64,000 nt of DNA from Myxococcota bacterium (GTDB taxonomy: Bacteria > Myxococcota_A > UBA9160 > UBA4427). The notes under the pieces were generated by a model. It worked only from the letters and a program-made list of their open reading frames with translations. It ran no database searches and was not told where the DNA came from. Shown in pieces: positions 9,676 to 18,633 of the stretch (position 1 is its first letter; each line of letters opens with the position of its first letter). The stretch is from the NCBI GenBank assembly GCA_965250285.1, contig OZ252299.1:32001-96000 (forward strand), written 5' to 3'. The position numbers were made by a program, and so were the translations under genes.

Positions 9676-9739
9676 AGGGGTCTCTCGTGCCGCGGACCGT
9701 GGTGCGCGAAGCGTCGAGGGCGGATCGAACGACGACCGG

Positions 9740-10771
9740 CTAGGCGATCCCGAGATGGCTGCGGATGCGCGCCATCGGCTCGCTCGTGTCGGGCTCGAAG
9801 GCGAGGCCGCTCACCTGCTCGTACGCGGCGATGTAGCGTCGGGCTGCCTCGACCCGCACTTCGTCGGGCAGCGGCGGCGGCGGACCGTCGCCCTTGTAGC
9901 CCTGTTCGCCGAGCCAGAGGCGCACGTACTCCTTCGAGATCGCCTTCGGGTCTTCGCCCGCGCTCATCGCCGCTTCGTAGCGGTCGAGGTACCAGTATCG
10001 CGACGAGTCGGGGGTGTGGATCTCGTCGATGACGACCAGCTCATCGTCTTCGGTCAGGCCGAGCTCGTACTTCGTATCGACGAGGATCAGCCCGCGCTCC
10101 TTCGCGAAGTGAGCGCCCGCCTCGAAGAGCGCGGCACACATCGCGGCGGCCTCGTCGAAGAGCGCCTCGCTCAGGATGCCGCGCTCGATGATGTCGGCGC
10201 GGCTCGTGTTCTCGTCGTGGGCGCCCATCTGCGCCTTGGTCGAAGGGGTGAGCAGCGGCTCGGGCAGGCGCTCGTGGCGCTTCATGCCGTCGGGCAGCGT
10301 GTGGCCACAGTACTCGCGCTCGCCACGCTCGTAGGCGGTCCAGATCGACGTGCTCGTCGAGCCGGTGAGATAGCCGCGATACACGAACTCGACGGGCAGC
10401 GACCGGCACTCTCGCACGACCGAGACGCTCGGGTCGGGCACGTCGATCAGGTGATTCGGTGCCACGTCGGCGAGCTTCCTGAACCAGAAGGCCGCCATCT
10501 GGTTGAGGATCTGCCCCTTCAACGGGATCGTGCCGACCACCACGTCGAAGCACGAGACGCGATCGGTGACCACGATCGTGCGCTGGCCGTCGCCGATGTA
10601 GCTGTCGCGCACCTTGCCCGGCTGCTTCTGGCCGAGCGCCGAGAAGTCGGTGTCGTCGATGGTGCGCTGGCAGAGCTCGAATAGAAGTTGGTCGTCGATC
10701 GCCAAAGCGTCGCTCGAAAGGGCTCGGGTGGGTCTGGGGACGGGCGCCGCCTTCGGCGCCTTCCCGGTCAA
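9740..10771 (-). CDS. purC: Phosphoribosylaminoimidazolesuccinocarboxamide synthase
   Basis: GKVRD, TDRVSCFD, PVEFVYRGYLTGS, TPSTKA, LVDTKYE and DEIHTPDSSRYW motifs. Confidence 0.96.
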   Translation of the reverse strand: MTGKAPKAAPVPRPTRALSSDALAIDDQLLFELCQRTIDDTDFSALGQKQPGKVRDSYIGDGQRTIVVTDRVSCFDVVVGTIPLKGQILNQMAAFWFRKLADVAPNHLIDVPDPSVSVVRECRSLPVEFVYRGYLTGSTSTSIWTAYERGEREYCGHTLPDGMKRHERLPEPLLTPSTKAQMGAHDENTSRADIIERGILSEALFDEAAAMCAALFEAGAHFAKERGLILVDTKYELGLTEDDELVVIDEIHTPDSSRYWYLDRYEAAMSAGEDPKAISKEYVRLWLGEQGYKGDGPPPPLPDEVRVEAARRYIAAYEQVSGLAFEPDTSEPMARIRSHLGIA

Positions 10772-10893
10772 TCAAACCTCGCCTCGCGCCGGTCGGCAAG
10801 CCCGGGCGCACGATCCGGCGACCGACGGTCGGAATGCATTAGGATGGCGCTCCCCGGGGCCGTTCGGGCCGCGCCGGGGCACCGGGAGCGCGT

Positions 10894-12702
10894 GTGAGCG
10901 AGGCAGGGCAGGGGCCGTCGGCCGACGAGGCCGGGTCGGCGAAGCCGGCTGGCGAAGGGGCCCGCGACGTTCTTGCGCCGCCCCCGGGTGCGCGCGCCTT
11001 CGGCGCCGGCGACGCTGCCCTCGTCTTCGGCGTCGCCCTGGCCCTGCGCCTGATCCACCTCGCCTACGTCGCCGACATGCCCTTCGTCGAGGTGCCGATC
11101 GTCGACGCCAAGGCGTACGACGAGTGGGGTCAGCGCATTGCCGCGGGCGACTGGTGGGGCGACCAGGTGTTCTACCAGGCGCCGCTCTACCCCTACTTCC
11201 TGGGCAGCTTCTATGCGGTGTTCGGGCACAGCCTGATGGGCGTGCACGTGCTGCAGATGGCGATGGGCGCGGCGTCGTGCGTGCTGTTGGCCCTCGGCGC
11301 CGATGCGCTGTTTCGCGACCGCAGCGTCGCATGGGTCACGGGCCTCGCGATGGCGTTGTACCCGCCCGCGATCTTCTTCGACGGCCTGATCGGCAAGCAG
11401 GGGCTCGGGCTGCTGCTGCTGTCGGCGCTGCTCTGGCTGCTGCTGCGCCAGCAGGCCGGCGGCGCCGAGGGGGCGCGGCGCGGTGAGCTCGTCGGCGCCG
11501 GGGCGCTGCTCGGCCTGCTCTGCCTGACGCGCGAGAACGCGCTGGCCCTCGTCCCGGCGCTGCTCGCCTGGCTGGTGTGGCGCTTCTGGGTGCGCGGGCC
11601 CGGTCGGGTCGCGTCGGTCGTGGCGCTCTTCTCGTTGGGGATCGCGCTCGTGCTCGTGCCGGTCGGCCTGCGCAACCTCGCGGTCGGCGACACCTTCGCC
11701 CTCACGACCTCGCAGATGGGCCCCAACTTCTACATCGGCAACCACGCCGGTGCCTCTGGGCTCTACGAGCCCCTGCTGCCCGGCCGACAGACCCCGCGGT
11801 TCGAGGCGACCGACGCCGAGCTGCTCGCCGAGCGCGCGCTCGGCCGCGAGCTCAACCGAGGCGAGGTGTCCGACTATTGGATGGAGCAGGGCCTGGCCTT
11901 CGTCCGCGAAGAGCCTGTGGCCTGGCTCGGCTTGATGGTGCGCAAGACGGTGCTCACGTGGGGGGCCTTCGAGGTGCCCGACGTCGAGGACATCTACGTG
12001 TTCGGCGACTGGTCGCCGATCGTGCGCTTCGGCCTGCCGGTCTTTCATTTCGGCCTGTTCGCGGGGCTGGCCGTGGCGGGGGCGGTCTTCGCCTGGCCCA
12101 GCCGGCGCGACATCGCCCTGTTGCTCTGGCTCGCCGGGGTGTACACGGGCAGCGTCGCGCTGTTCATGACGTTCGCGCGGTTTCGCTACCCGCTCGTGCC
12201 GATGCTCGCGCCGCTGCTCGGCTACGGGCTCGTCTGCGCCTTCCGCGTGGCCCGCTCGGCCGATCGCGGGCGCGCCCTCGCGCCCGCCACCGCCTGCGTG
12301 CTCGTGGTGGCGCTCTCGAGCATCGACCTGGTCGACCGCGCGCAGATGACCGTGACGTCGTACACCAACCTCGGCGGCATCATGCTGGGCGAGGATCGGC
12401 TCGACGAGGCCGAGACGTACCTGACGCGCGCCGAGGCGGCGCGGGCCGACAACGCCGACCTGCAGCTGCACCTCGCCGTGCTGCGTGAGAAGCAGGGCCG
12501 GCTGGAAGACGCACTGAGGCATCTCGGCGAGATGCGGCGCCTCGCCCCCGAAGACTTCCGCGGCTACGCACTGCTCGCCCGCGTGCTCGAGGCCCAGGGC
12601 CGTCGGGCGCAGGCCAAGCGCGCGCGCTTGCGTGCGCGTGCGCTCAACCCCGACGCACCCCCGATCCGTCCGCGTCGCCAGGGTCGTGACGCAACGCGAT
12701 GA
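10894..12702 (+). CDS. GT-C (family 39/ArnT-like) membrane glycosyltransferase with C-terminal TPRs
   Basis: D...YD.WG..IA.GD, QAPLYPYFLG, multiple TMs, RFRYP, TPR-like tail. Confidence 0.8.
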   Translation: MSEAGQGPSADEAGSAKPAGEGARDVLAPPPGARAFGAGDAALVFGVALALRLIHLAYVADMPFVEVPIVDAKAYDEWGQRIAAGDWWGDQVFYQAPLYPYFLGSFYAVFGHSLMGVHVLQMAMGAASCVLLALGADALFRDRSVAWVTGLAMALYPPAIFFDGLIGKQGLGLLLLSALLWLLLRQQAGGAEGARRGELVGAGALLGLLCLTRENALALVPALLAWLVWRFWVRGPGRVASVVALFSLGIALVLVPVGLRNLAVGDTFALTTSQMGPNFYIGNHAGASGLYEPLLPGRQTPRFEATDAELLAERALGRELNRGEVSDYWMEQGLAFVREEPVAWLGLMVRKTVLTWGAFEVPDVEDIYVFGDWSPIVRFGLPVFHFGLFAGLAVAGAVFAWPSRRDIALLLWLAGVYTGSVALFMTFARFRYPLVPMLAPLLGYGLVCAFRVARSADRGRALAPATACVLVVALSSIDLVDRAQMTVTSYTNLGGIMLGEDRLDEAETYLTRAEAARADNADLQLHLAVLREKQGRLEDALRHLGEMRRLAPEDFRGYALLARVLEAQGRRAQAKRARLRARALNPDAPPIRPRRQGRDATR

Positions 12703-12799
12703 GGCGGCATCCGAGTCCGAGCGACACGCCTGCCGGGCGCGGGCACCCGCGGGCGCGGGCCGCGTAGCGATTCGGTTTCAGCTGGGCGACGCGTCTTCG

Positions 12800-12828
12800 T
12801 TTACGCCACCGTCGCCCTTCGATATCTT
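12800..12828 (+). promoter_or_regulatory. Putative sigma-70 promoter for purF
   Basis: TTTACG-N17-TATCTT in a locally AT-richer patch. Confidence 0.4.
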
Positions 12829-12835
12829 CCCTGCT

Positions 12836-12983
12836 TCTCGACACACACCCGAATCTGGAGCGAGGCCCCCCAGCCCTGGCCGAGACCGTCGTTTCGTGCT
12901 CACTCGTTCGTGCCGACGCCGACCGCGGCGTAGGGGCGACGTGTACGCATGCGGCGTTCGCGCTCCAGACGGCGTGTCGAAGA
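12836..12983 (+). ncRNA. Candidate structured leader RNA upstream of purF
   Basis: Long-range complementarity: TCGACAC 12838-44 with GTGTCGA 12974-80, CCG 12849-51 with CGG 12970-72, TCTGGAGCG 12854-62 with CGCTCCAGA 12961-69. Confidence 0.35.
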
Positions 12984-13071
12984 GTCGATGGATCTGCGAC
13001 GCGGCGCCCACGCCGTTCGATGCAACCGACGAGCCCGAAGGTCGCCGAGGCCCGAAGGCCGTGGAGATGAG

Positions 13072-14622
13072 ATGAGCGACGCGCCCGACCCCAAGCCGCA
13101 AGCCCCCTGCGCCGCCCGGTCCGGTCTCGCCCCGCGGCCCCACGTGTCGGACGGTCTCTCGGCCGTCCAACGCGACGCGCTCCGAACCGAGCGCGAAGCC
13201 GATCGCTTCCATGACGAGTGCGGTGTCTTCGGCATCCACGGCCACGACGAGGCGTCGCACATCGTCTATCTCGGTCTCTACGCCCTGCAGCATCGCGGGC
13301 AGGAGAGCTGCGGCATCGTTTCGAGCAACGGCCGCGAGCACACGGCGCACCGCGCGATGGGACTCGTGGCCGATACGTTCGGTGAGAAGACGCTCAACCG
13401 GCTCAAGGGCCGGCACGCCATTGGCCACGTGCGCTACTCGACCGCCGGAGAGAGCCACCTCCGCAACGCCCAGCCGATCTGCGCGAACACCGACGGTGGC
13501 CCCGTTTCGATCGCCCACAACGGCAACATCGTGAACGCCGTGGCGATCCGACGCGAGCTCGAGGGGCGCGGCGCGATCTTCGGCTCGACGAGCGACAGCG
13601 AGGTCGTGCTGCACCTGCTCGCGCGCTCGCGCGAGGAGCACCTCGAAGACCGCTTCATCGACGCGATCAGTCGGGTCAAGGGCGCCTACTCGATCGTGAT
13701 GCTGACCGACGAGGCGCTGATCGCCGCCCGCGACCCGAGCGGGTTCCGTCCGCTGGCGCTCGGCCGCCTGGGCAATGCCTACGTCGTGGCGAGCGAGACC
13801 TGCGCGTTCGATCTCGTGGGCGCGACGTATGAGCGTGATCTCGAGCCCGGTGAGGTCGTGGTGATCCGCCGCGGAAGGCTGCGCAGCCTGCGGCCGCTCG
13901 CGCGGCAGTCGAAGGAGACGTTCTGCGTCTTCGAGTACATCTACTTCGCGCGGCCCGACTCGAACATCATGGCGCACAACGTCTACGCGTTCCGCAAGGA
14001 GCTCGGGCGTGCGCTCGCGCGCGAACATCCGGTGGCGGCCGACATGGTCGTGCCGGTGCTCGATTCGGGCACGCCCTCTGCGCTCGGCTTCGCCGAAGAG
14101 CAGGGCATCCCCTACGAGACGGCGTTGATCCGCAATCACTACGTGCGGCGCACGTTCATCGAACCGGCGCAGTCGATCCGCAACTTCGGCGTGAAGGTGA
14201 AGCACAACGCGATCCGCTCGTTCCTCGAAGGCAAGCGTGTCGTGCTCGTCGATGATTCGATCGTGCGGGGCACGACTCTGGTGAAGATCGTTGGCATGTT
14301 GCGCCAGGCCGGCGCGCGCGAGGTGCACGTGCGCATCTCGTCGCCGCCGACGAAGGGCCCCTGCTACTACGGCATCGACACGCCCAAGCAGAGCGAGCTG
14401 ATCGCCCACGAGCACACGCCCGAAGAGATCCGCGAGATCATCGGGGCCGATTCGCTCGGGTATCTGACGATCGACACGCTCGGCCAGTCGGCCGCCAAGG
14501 AGCTCAAGCGCGGCATGTGCGATGCGTGCTTCTCGGGCGACTACCCGGTGCCGATCGATGCGAGCGGTGAGACGCCGCAGCTTTCGCTCTTCCGCTCGAT
14601 CGAAGACGAGCCCGAGGGCTGA
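13072..14622 (+). CDS. purF: Amidophosphoribosyltransferase
   Basis: Propeptide then ECGVFG, LQHRGQE, GHVRYST, HNGN, C.FEYIYFARPDS, VDDSIVRGTT, C-terminal CDACF. Confidence 0.97.
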   Translation: MSDAPDPKPQAPCAARSGLAPRPHVSDGLSAVQRDALRTEREADRFHDECGVFGIHGHDEASHIVYLGLYALQHRGQESCGIVSSNGREHTAHRAMGLVADTFGEKTLNRLKGRHAIGHVRYSTAGESHLRNAQPICANTDGGPVSIAHNGNIVNAVAIRRELEGRGAIFGSTSDSEVVLHLLARSREEHLEDRFIDAISRVKGAYSIVMLTDEALIAARDPSGFRPLALGRLGNAYVVASETCAFDLVGATYERDLEPGEVVVIRRGRLRSLRPLARQSKETFCVFEYIYFARPDSNIMAHNVYAFRKELGRALAREHPVAADMVVPVLDSGTPSALGFAEEQGIPYETALIRNHYVRRTFIEPAQSIRNFGVKVKHNAIRSFLEGKRVVLVDDSIVRGTTLVKIVGMLRQAGAREVHVRISSPPTKGPCYYGIDTPKQSELIAHEHTPEEIREIIGADSLGYLTIDTLGQSAAKELKRGMCDACFSGDYPVPIDASGETPQLSLFRSIEDEPEG

Positions 14623-14755
14623 TCGCCGCGCCCGATCCGGGCCACGCAGCCGTACTCCGCAGAGCGAAGCCGCGTCGGTGACAGACGCACCGACGCCTCG
14701 AGAGCGTCGTGGTAGCCTCCCGAGCGTCGAACTCGACCCACGGGAGGCACGCAAC

Positions 14756-16171
14756 ATGGCGGACTCGGCGCACGAGCCGGCGCTCGGCGACCACGGGCTG
14801 ATCGATCGAACGATGCTCGAGCAGGGGATCGCGAACGGCACGATCGAGACGGTGCTGACCGTGCTGCCCGACCTCTACGGGCGCCTCATGGGCAAGCGCA
14901 TCGTCGGTCGCTACTTCCTCGAAGAGATCGCCGGCGACGGCATGCACGCCTGCGACTACCTGCTCGCGAGCGACATGGAGATGGAGCCCACCCCCGGCTA
15001 CGCGTGGACGAGCTGGGAGAGCGGCTACGGCGACATGCGCGCGATCCCCGACTTCTCGACGCTGCGCATGGCCGACTGGATGGACCGCACGGCGATCGTC
15101 ATGTGCGATCTGCTCGAAGAAGAAGAGGACGAACCGGTGGCGGTGTCGCCGCGCCGGATCCTGCAGCACCAGGTCGAGCGAGCGTTGAAGCTGGGCTTCG
15201 AGCCGTTCTGTGCGAGCGAACTCGAGTTCTTCTTGTTTCGCGAGAGCTTCGATGAGGCCCAGGCGAGCGACTACCGCGGCCTGACCACGAGCCGGGCGTA
15301 CAACGAGGACTATCACGTGCTCTCGGGCGGGTTCAGCGAGCACGTGATCGGCGCGATTCGCCGCCACGTCGACCGATCGGGCGTGCCGGTCGAGTTCAGC
15401 AAGGGCGAGGCGAGCCCGGGCCAACACGAGATCAATCTGCGCTACGGCGCGGCGGTCGAAATGGCCGACCGCCACGTGATCTACAAGCTCGCTGCCAAGG
15501 AGATTGCCGCTGCACACGGCGCGTCCCTGACGTTCATGGCGAAGTGGGATACCGACCATGCCGGAAACAGCCTGCATGTGCACATGAGCCTGCGTGACCT
15601 CGCTGGGCAGCCCGTGTTCGCCGGCGACGGAAAGCCGATCGAGGGCACCCAAGCGAAGCCGTCCGAGACCTTCAAGCACGCGGTGGGTGGCATGCTCGAA
15701 CACGCCCGCGCGCTCTCGATGCTGTTCGCGCCGAACCCCAACTCGTACAAGCGCTACGTCGAGGGCACCTTCGCACCCACGCGCATCGCGTGGAGCTACG
15801 ACAACCGCACCGTCGGGTTCCGCGTCGTCGGGCACGGTGAATCGCTTCGCATCGAATGCCGGATCCCGGGCGGCGACGCGAACCCGTACCTCGTCTACGC
15901 CGGGCTGATTGCAGCCGCACTGGACGGCATCGAGCACCAGCGGGATCCCGGCCCGCTCTTCACCGGCGACGGCTACATGGCCACCGACCTGCCCCGCGTG
16001 CCCCTCAACCTGGGCGAGGCGATCGGCTGCTTCAGCGAGAGTGCGTTCACGCGAGCCGCCTTCGGGGAGGAGGTGGTTCAGCATCTCGCCCACTTCGCGC
16101 GCGCCGAGCTCGAGGCCAGCGAGCGGGCCGTGACCGACTTCGAGCGCCGACGCTGGTTCGAGCGGGGCTAG
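14756..16171 (+). CDS. Glutamine synthetase family protein (gamma-glutamylpolyamine synthetase-like)
   Basis: D.YGRLMGKR, ASELEFFLF, E..PGQHEIN, GNSLHVHMSL, NSYKRY, RIECRIPGGDANPY. Confidence 0.9.
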   Translation: MADSAHEPALGDHGLIDRTMLEQGIANGTIETVLTVLPDLYGRLMGKRIVGRYFLEEIAGDGMHACDYLLASDMEMEPTPGYAWTSWESGYGDMRAIPDFSTLRMADWMDRTAIVMCDLLEEEEDEPVAVSPRRILQHQVERALKLGFEPFCASELEFFLFRESFDEAQASDYRGLTTSRAYNEDYHVLSGGFSEHVIGAIRRHVDRSGVPVEFSKGEASPGQHEINLRYGAAVEMADRHVIYKLAAKEIAAAHGASLTFMAKWDTDHAGNSLHVHMSLRDLAGQPVFAGDGKPIEGTQAKPSETFKHAVGGMLEHARALSMLFAPNPNSYKRYVEGTFAPTRIAWSYDNRTVGFRVVGHGESLRIECRIPGGDANPYLVYAGLIAAALDGIEHQRDPGPLFTGDGYMATDLPRVPLNLGEAIGCFSESAFTRAAFGEEVVQHLAHFARAELEASERAVTDFERRRWFERG

Positions 16172-16244
16172 CGACCCGCCGGCCAGGCGTGACTCACGGT
16201 ACAGGAAAGTCCAATCAATCCGGACATTTGGCAGCTGGACCCCG

Positions 16245-16272
16245 TCAGGTTCCCGGCGCTGCTCGCCGATAC
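16245..16272 (+). promoter_or_regulatory. Possible sigma-28-type promoter
   Basis: GCCGATAC (7/8 match to GCCGATAA) with TCAGGTT upstream at about the expected spacing; weak -35. Confidence 0.3.
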
Positions 16273-16412
16273 GAGAGACAGGATTTCGTCTGCGCGCGTG
16301 GCGAAGATCACACGTTTGCCGAAAGGCAAGCCCGGGTGATTTCAAGAAACGACGCGGTGGATCCGGGTAGGTCGGCGACTCGTGCGGCGCGAGCGTCGCC
16401 GGCGATCGAGGT

Positions 16413-17753
16413 GTGCGCATGACGATGGGCCAGGCACTTCAGGTCCAATACTCGACGCAGGAAGCGTTCAGAGCCGAGTACGCGAGCAATATCTCGCGCG
16501 GCGGCATCTTCATCGCGACCACCGAACCGTTCGAGGTCCGTGACACGGTCGAGGTCGAGCTGTCGCTGCTCTTCTGCGACGAGCACCTGTACCTCGAGGG
16601 CGAGGTCGTGCACTGCATCGTGCCCGAGATGGAGTCGGCCGGCGCGACCCCCGGCATCGCCGTTCAGTTCACCATCTCGGTCAAGGAGCTGCGCGAGCGC
16701 CTCGGAGAGCACGCCGGGGCCCAGGCTTCGCCCGACGAGCGTGTGACCAAGACCGGGCGCCGCGCGGCGCCGCGTTCACGTGCGCGCGTGCGGGCGACCG
16801 TCGAACGCAGCGACGACGAGCAGATCGAAGCGCAGACCCGCGACGTCAGCGCATCGGGCCTGCTGCTCGAGGTCGAGGGCGAGCCGTTGCCGGTCGGTGA
16901 GTCGATCCAGCTGAACCTCGATCACCCTGTGACCGGTGAATCGATGCCGATCGAGGGCAAGGTCGTGCGTCACGTGACTTCGGCCTCCGGGCGGGTCACG
17001 GCGATGGGCGTCGAGCTGGCGCACTCGGACGCGCGCCAGACCGAAGTCGCGAGCTTCATGAACGACGTGCAGGCGACCGAGCACAGCAAGCGGCTGGGTG
17101 CAATCAACGGACCGATCGCCGAGCTCGGTATTGCCGATCTGCTGCAGATGTTCGCTTCGACGATGCCCCTCGGCACGCTGTCGATCACCGGTGAGGCCGC
17201 AGAGGGCTCGATCGGTTTCGAAGCCGGGCAGCTGTTGTGGGCCGAGATCGATGGGCTCCATGGCCAGCCGGCGCTCGAAACGATGCTCGCGCTGCGCACC
17301 GGTCACTTCGAGCTGCTGACCGAACTCGTCGATCCGCTCTCGGGTCGGGCCGAGCCGGTTGCGCTCGAGGGCGCGATCCTCGAGGCCCTCTGCGCGCTCG
17401 ACGAGATCAATCACGACGGTCGTTCTTCGGCGACTGCCAAGGCGCCGGCGCCCGGATCTCCCCCCAGGTCGAAGTCGAAGCCGACGCGCAAGAAGAAGTC
17501 GAAGCCGCGCGCCGACGAGGCCGCGGCGAGCGAGGCGCCCGGTCGAATCCCGGCGACCGCCACCTTCCGGATCGACGCCGACGCGGCCGAAGAGGCCGCG
17601 GACCAGCTCGACCAGACCGAGAGCGCCGTGCTCGAGCTCGCGCAGGTCGGCATGAGCGTCGGCAAGATGCTCGAGGTCATCCCCGAGCCCGAGATCGGTG
17701 TGCTGCTGGCGATCGACTCGCTGCTGGCGCGCGGTGTGCTCGAGCTCGACTAG
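16413..17753 (+). CDS. Tandem PilZ + DUF4388 domain protein
   Basis: NISRGGIFI (PilZ 1); RRAAPR...DVSASG (PilZ 2); GPIAELGIADLLQM...G.L.I...G.I.F..G (DUF4388-like). Confidence 0.82.
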   Translation: MRMTMGQALQVQYSTQEAFRAEYASNISRGGIFIATTEPFEVRDTVEVELSLLFCDEHLYLEGEVVHCIVPEMESAGATPGIAVQFTISVKELRERLGEHAGAQASPDERVTKTGRRAAPRSRARVRATVERSDDEQIEAQTRDVSASGLLLEVEGEPLPVGESIQLNLDHPVTGESMPIEGKVVRHVTSASGRVTAMGVELAHSDARQTEVASFMNDVQATEHSKRLGAINGPIAELGIADLLQMFASTMPLGTLSITGEAAEGSIGFEAGQLLWAEIDGLHGQPALETMLALRTGHFELLTELVDPLSGRAEPVALEGAILEALCALDEINHDGRSSATAKAPAPGSPPRSKSKPTRKKKSKPRADEAAASEAPGRIPATATFRIDADAAEEAADQLDQTESAVLELAQVGMSVGKMLEVIPEPEIGVLLAIDSLLARGVLELD

Positions 17754-17760
17754 GCGCCGT

Positions 17761-17822
17761 CGCCGTCACCCCAGGCCGAAGTGCGCGGCGCGCCCGCCGC
17801 CGTCACCCCAGGCCGAAGTGCG
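17761..17822. repeat. 25-bp direct repeat, two copies, 37-bp period
   Basis: CGCCGTCACCCCAGGCCGAAGTGCG at 17761-17785 and 17798-17822. Confidence 0.9.
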
Positions 17823-18618
17823 AAGCGACCACGCGCGTGGCAATCGAGTCGGGCAGGATCCGCTTGGCGATCCCGACGAGCAGCGCCTCGTTGCCGACGG
17901 CGTAGCGCATGCGCGGTTGCGCCGCGTCGAGCGCCTGCTCGACCGCGCGCACGACGATCTCGGGACCGGGCGCTTTCGGTAGAGATTCGCGGATCACCTT
18001 CTCGCACTTCGCGAGCTGCTCGGCGTAGGCCGACGCGTCGGGACTCGAATCCCAGGTCATTGCATCGTTGAACGGGGTCGAGATGTCGCCCGGCTCGATC
18101 AGTACGACGTCGATGCCGTGGCCGCGCAACTCGCTTCGCATGGCCGAGACGGTCGCTTCGAGGGCCGCCTTGCTCGCCGAGTAGTGCGACTGAAAAGGGA
18201 TCGGCGCGCGGCCGGCCAGCGACCCGACCACGAGCAGTCGGCCGTGCCCCTGGGCACGCATCACGGGGAGCAGCGCACGCAGGCAGCGCAGCACGCCGAA
18301 GTAGTTCGTATCGAACTGCTGCTGCGCGGCCTCGATCGTGACGTCCTCGACGCTGCCGAAGATGCCGAACCCCGCGCTGAGCACGGCGGCGTCGATGGTC
18401 TCGGTGCGCTTCGAGAGCTCGTCGATGGCCGCATCGACGCTCGCATCCTGCTGCACGTCGAGGGCGAGCCACTCGATGCCGTCCGCGTCTTCGCGCGCGC
18501 TGCGGCTGGTTCCGAAGACGCGATCCCCTCGGTCGGCGAGACGCCTCGCGACGGCCTCACCGATGCCCGAAGAGGCGCCCGTTACGAGGATGGTCTGGGG
18601 TGTTCGAGAAGGCGGCAT
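17803..18618 (-). CDS. SDR family oxidoreductase
   Basis: TGASSGIG and YSASK motifs. Confidence 0.92.
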   Translation of the reverse strand: MPPSRTPQTILVTGASSGIGEAVARRLADRGDRVFGTSRSAREDADGIEWLALDVQQDASVDAAIDELSKRTETIDAAVLSAGFGIFGSVEDVTIEAAQQQFDTNYFGVLRCLRALLPVMRAQGHGRLLVVGSLAGRAPIPFQSHYSASKAALEATVSAMRSELRGHGIDVVLIEPGDISTPFNDAMTWDSSPDASAYAEQLAKCEKVIRESLPKAPGPEIVVRAVEQALDAAQPRMRYAVGNEALLVGIAKRILPDSIATRVVASHFGLG

Positions 18619-18633
18619 GGGATGGCTCCTGGC

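Noticed and set aside
12836..12983. 6S RNA or SRP RNA
   Set aside because: No SRP GGAA-loop motif and not in the usual 6S gene context; kept only as an unassigned structured leader
14756..16171. Calling this gene glnA
   Set aside because: Its N-terminal pattern and lack of a C-terminal adenylylation-site context fit the gamma-glutamyl-amine ligase subfamily better than true GS I
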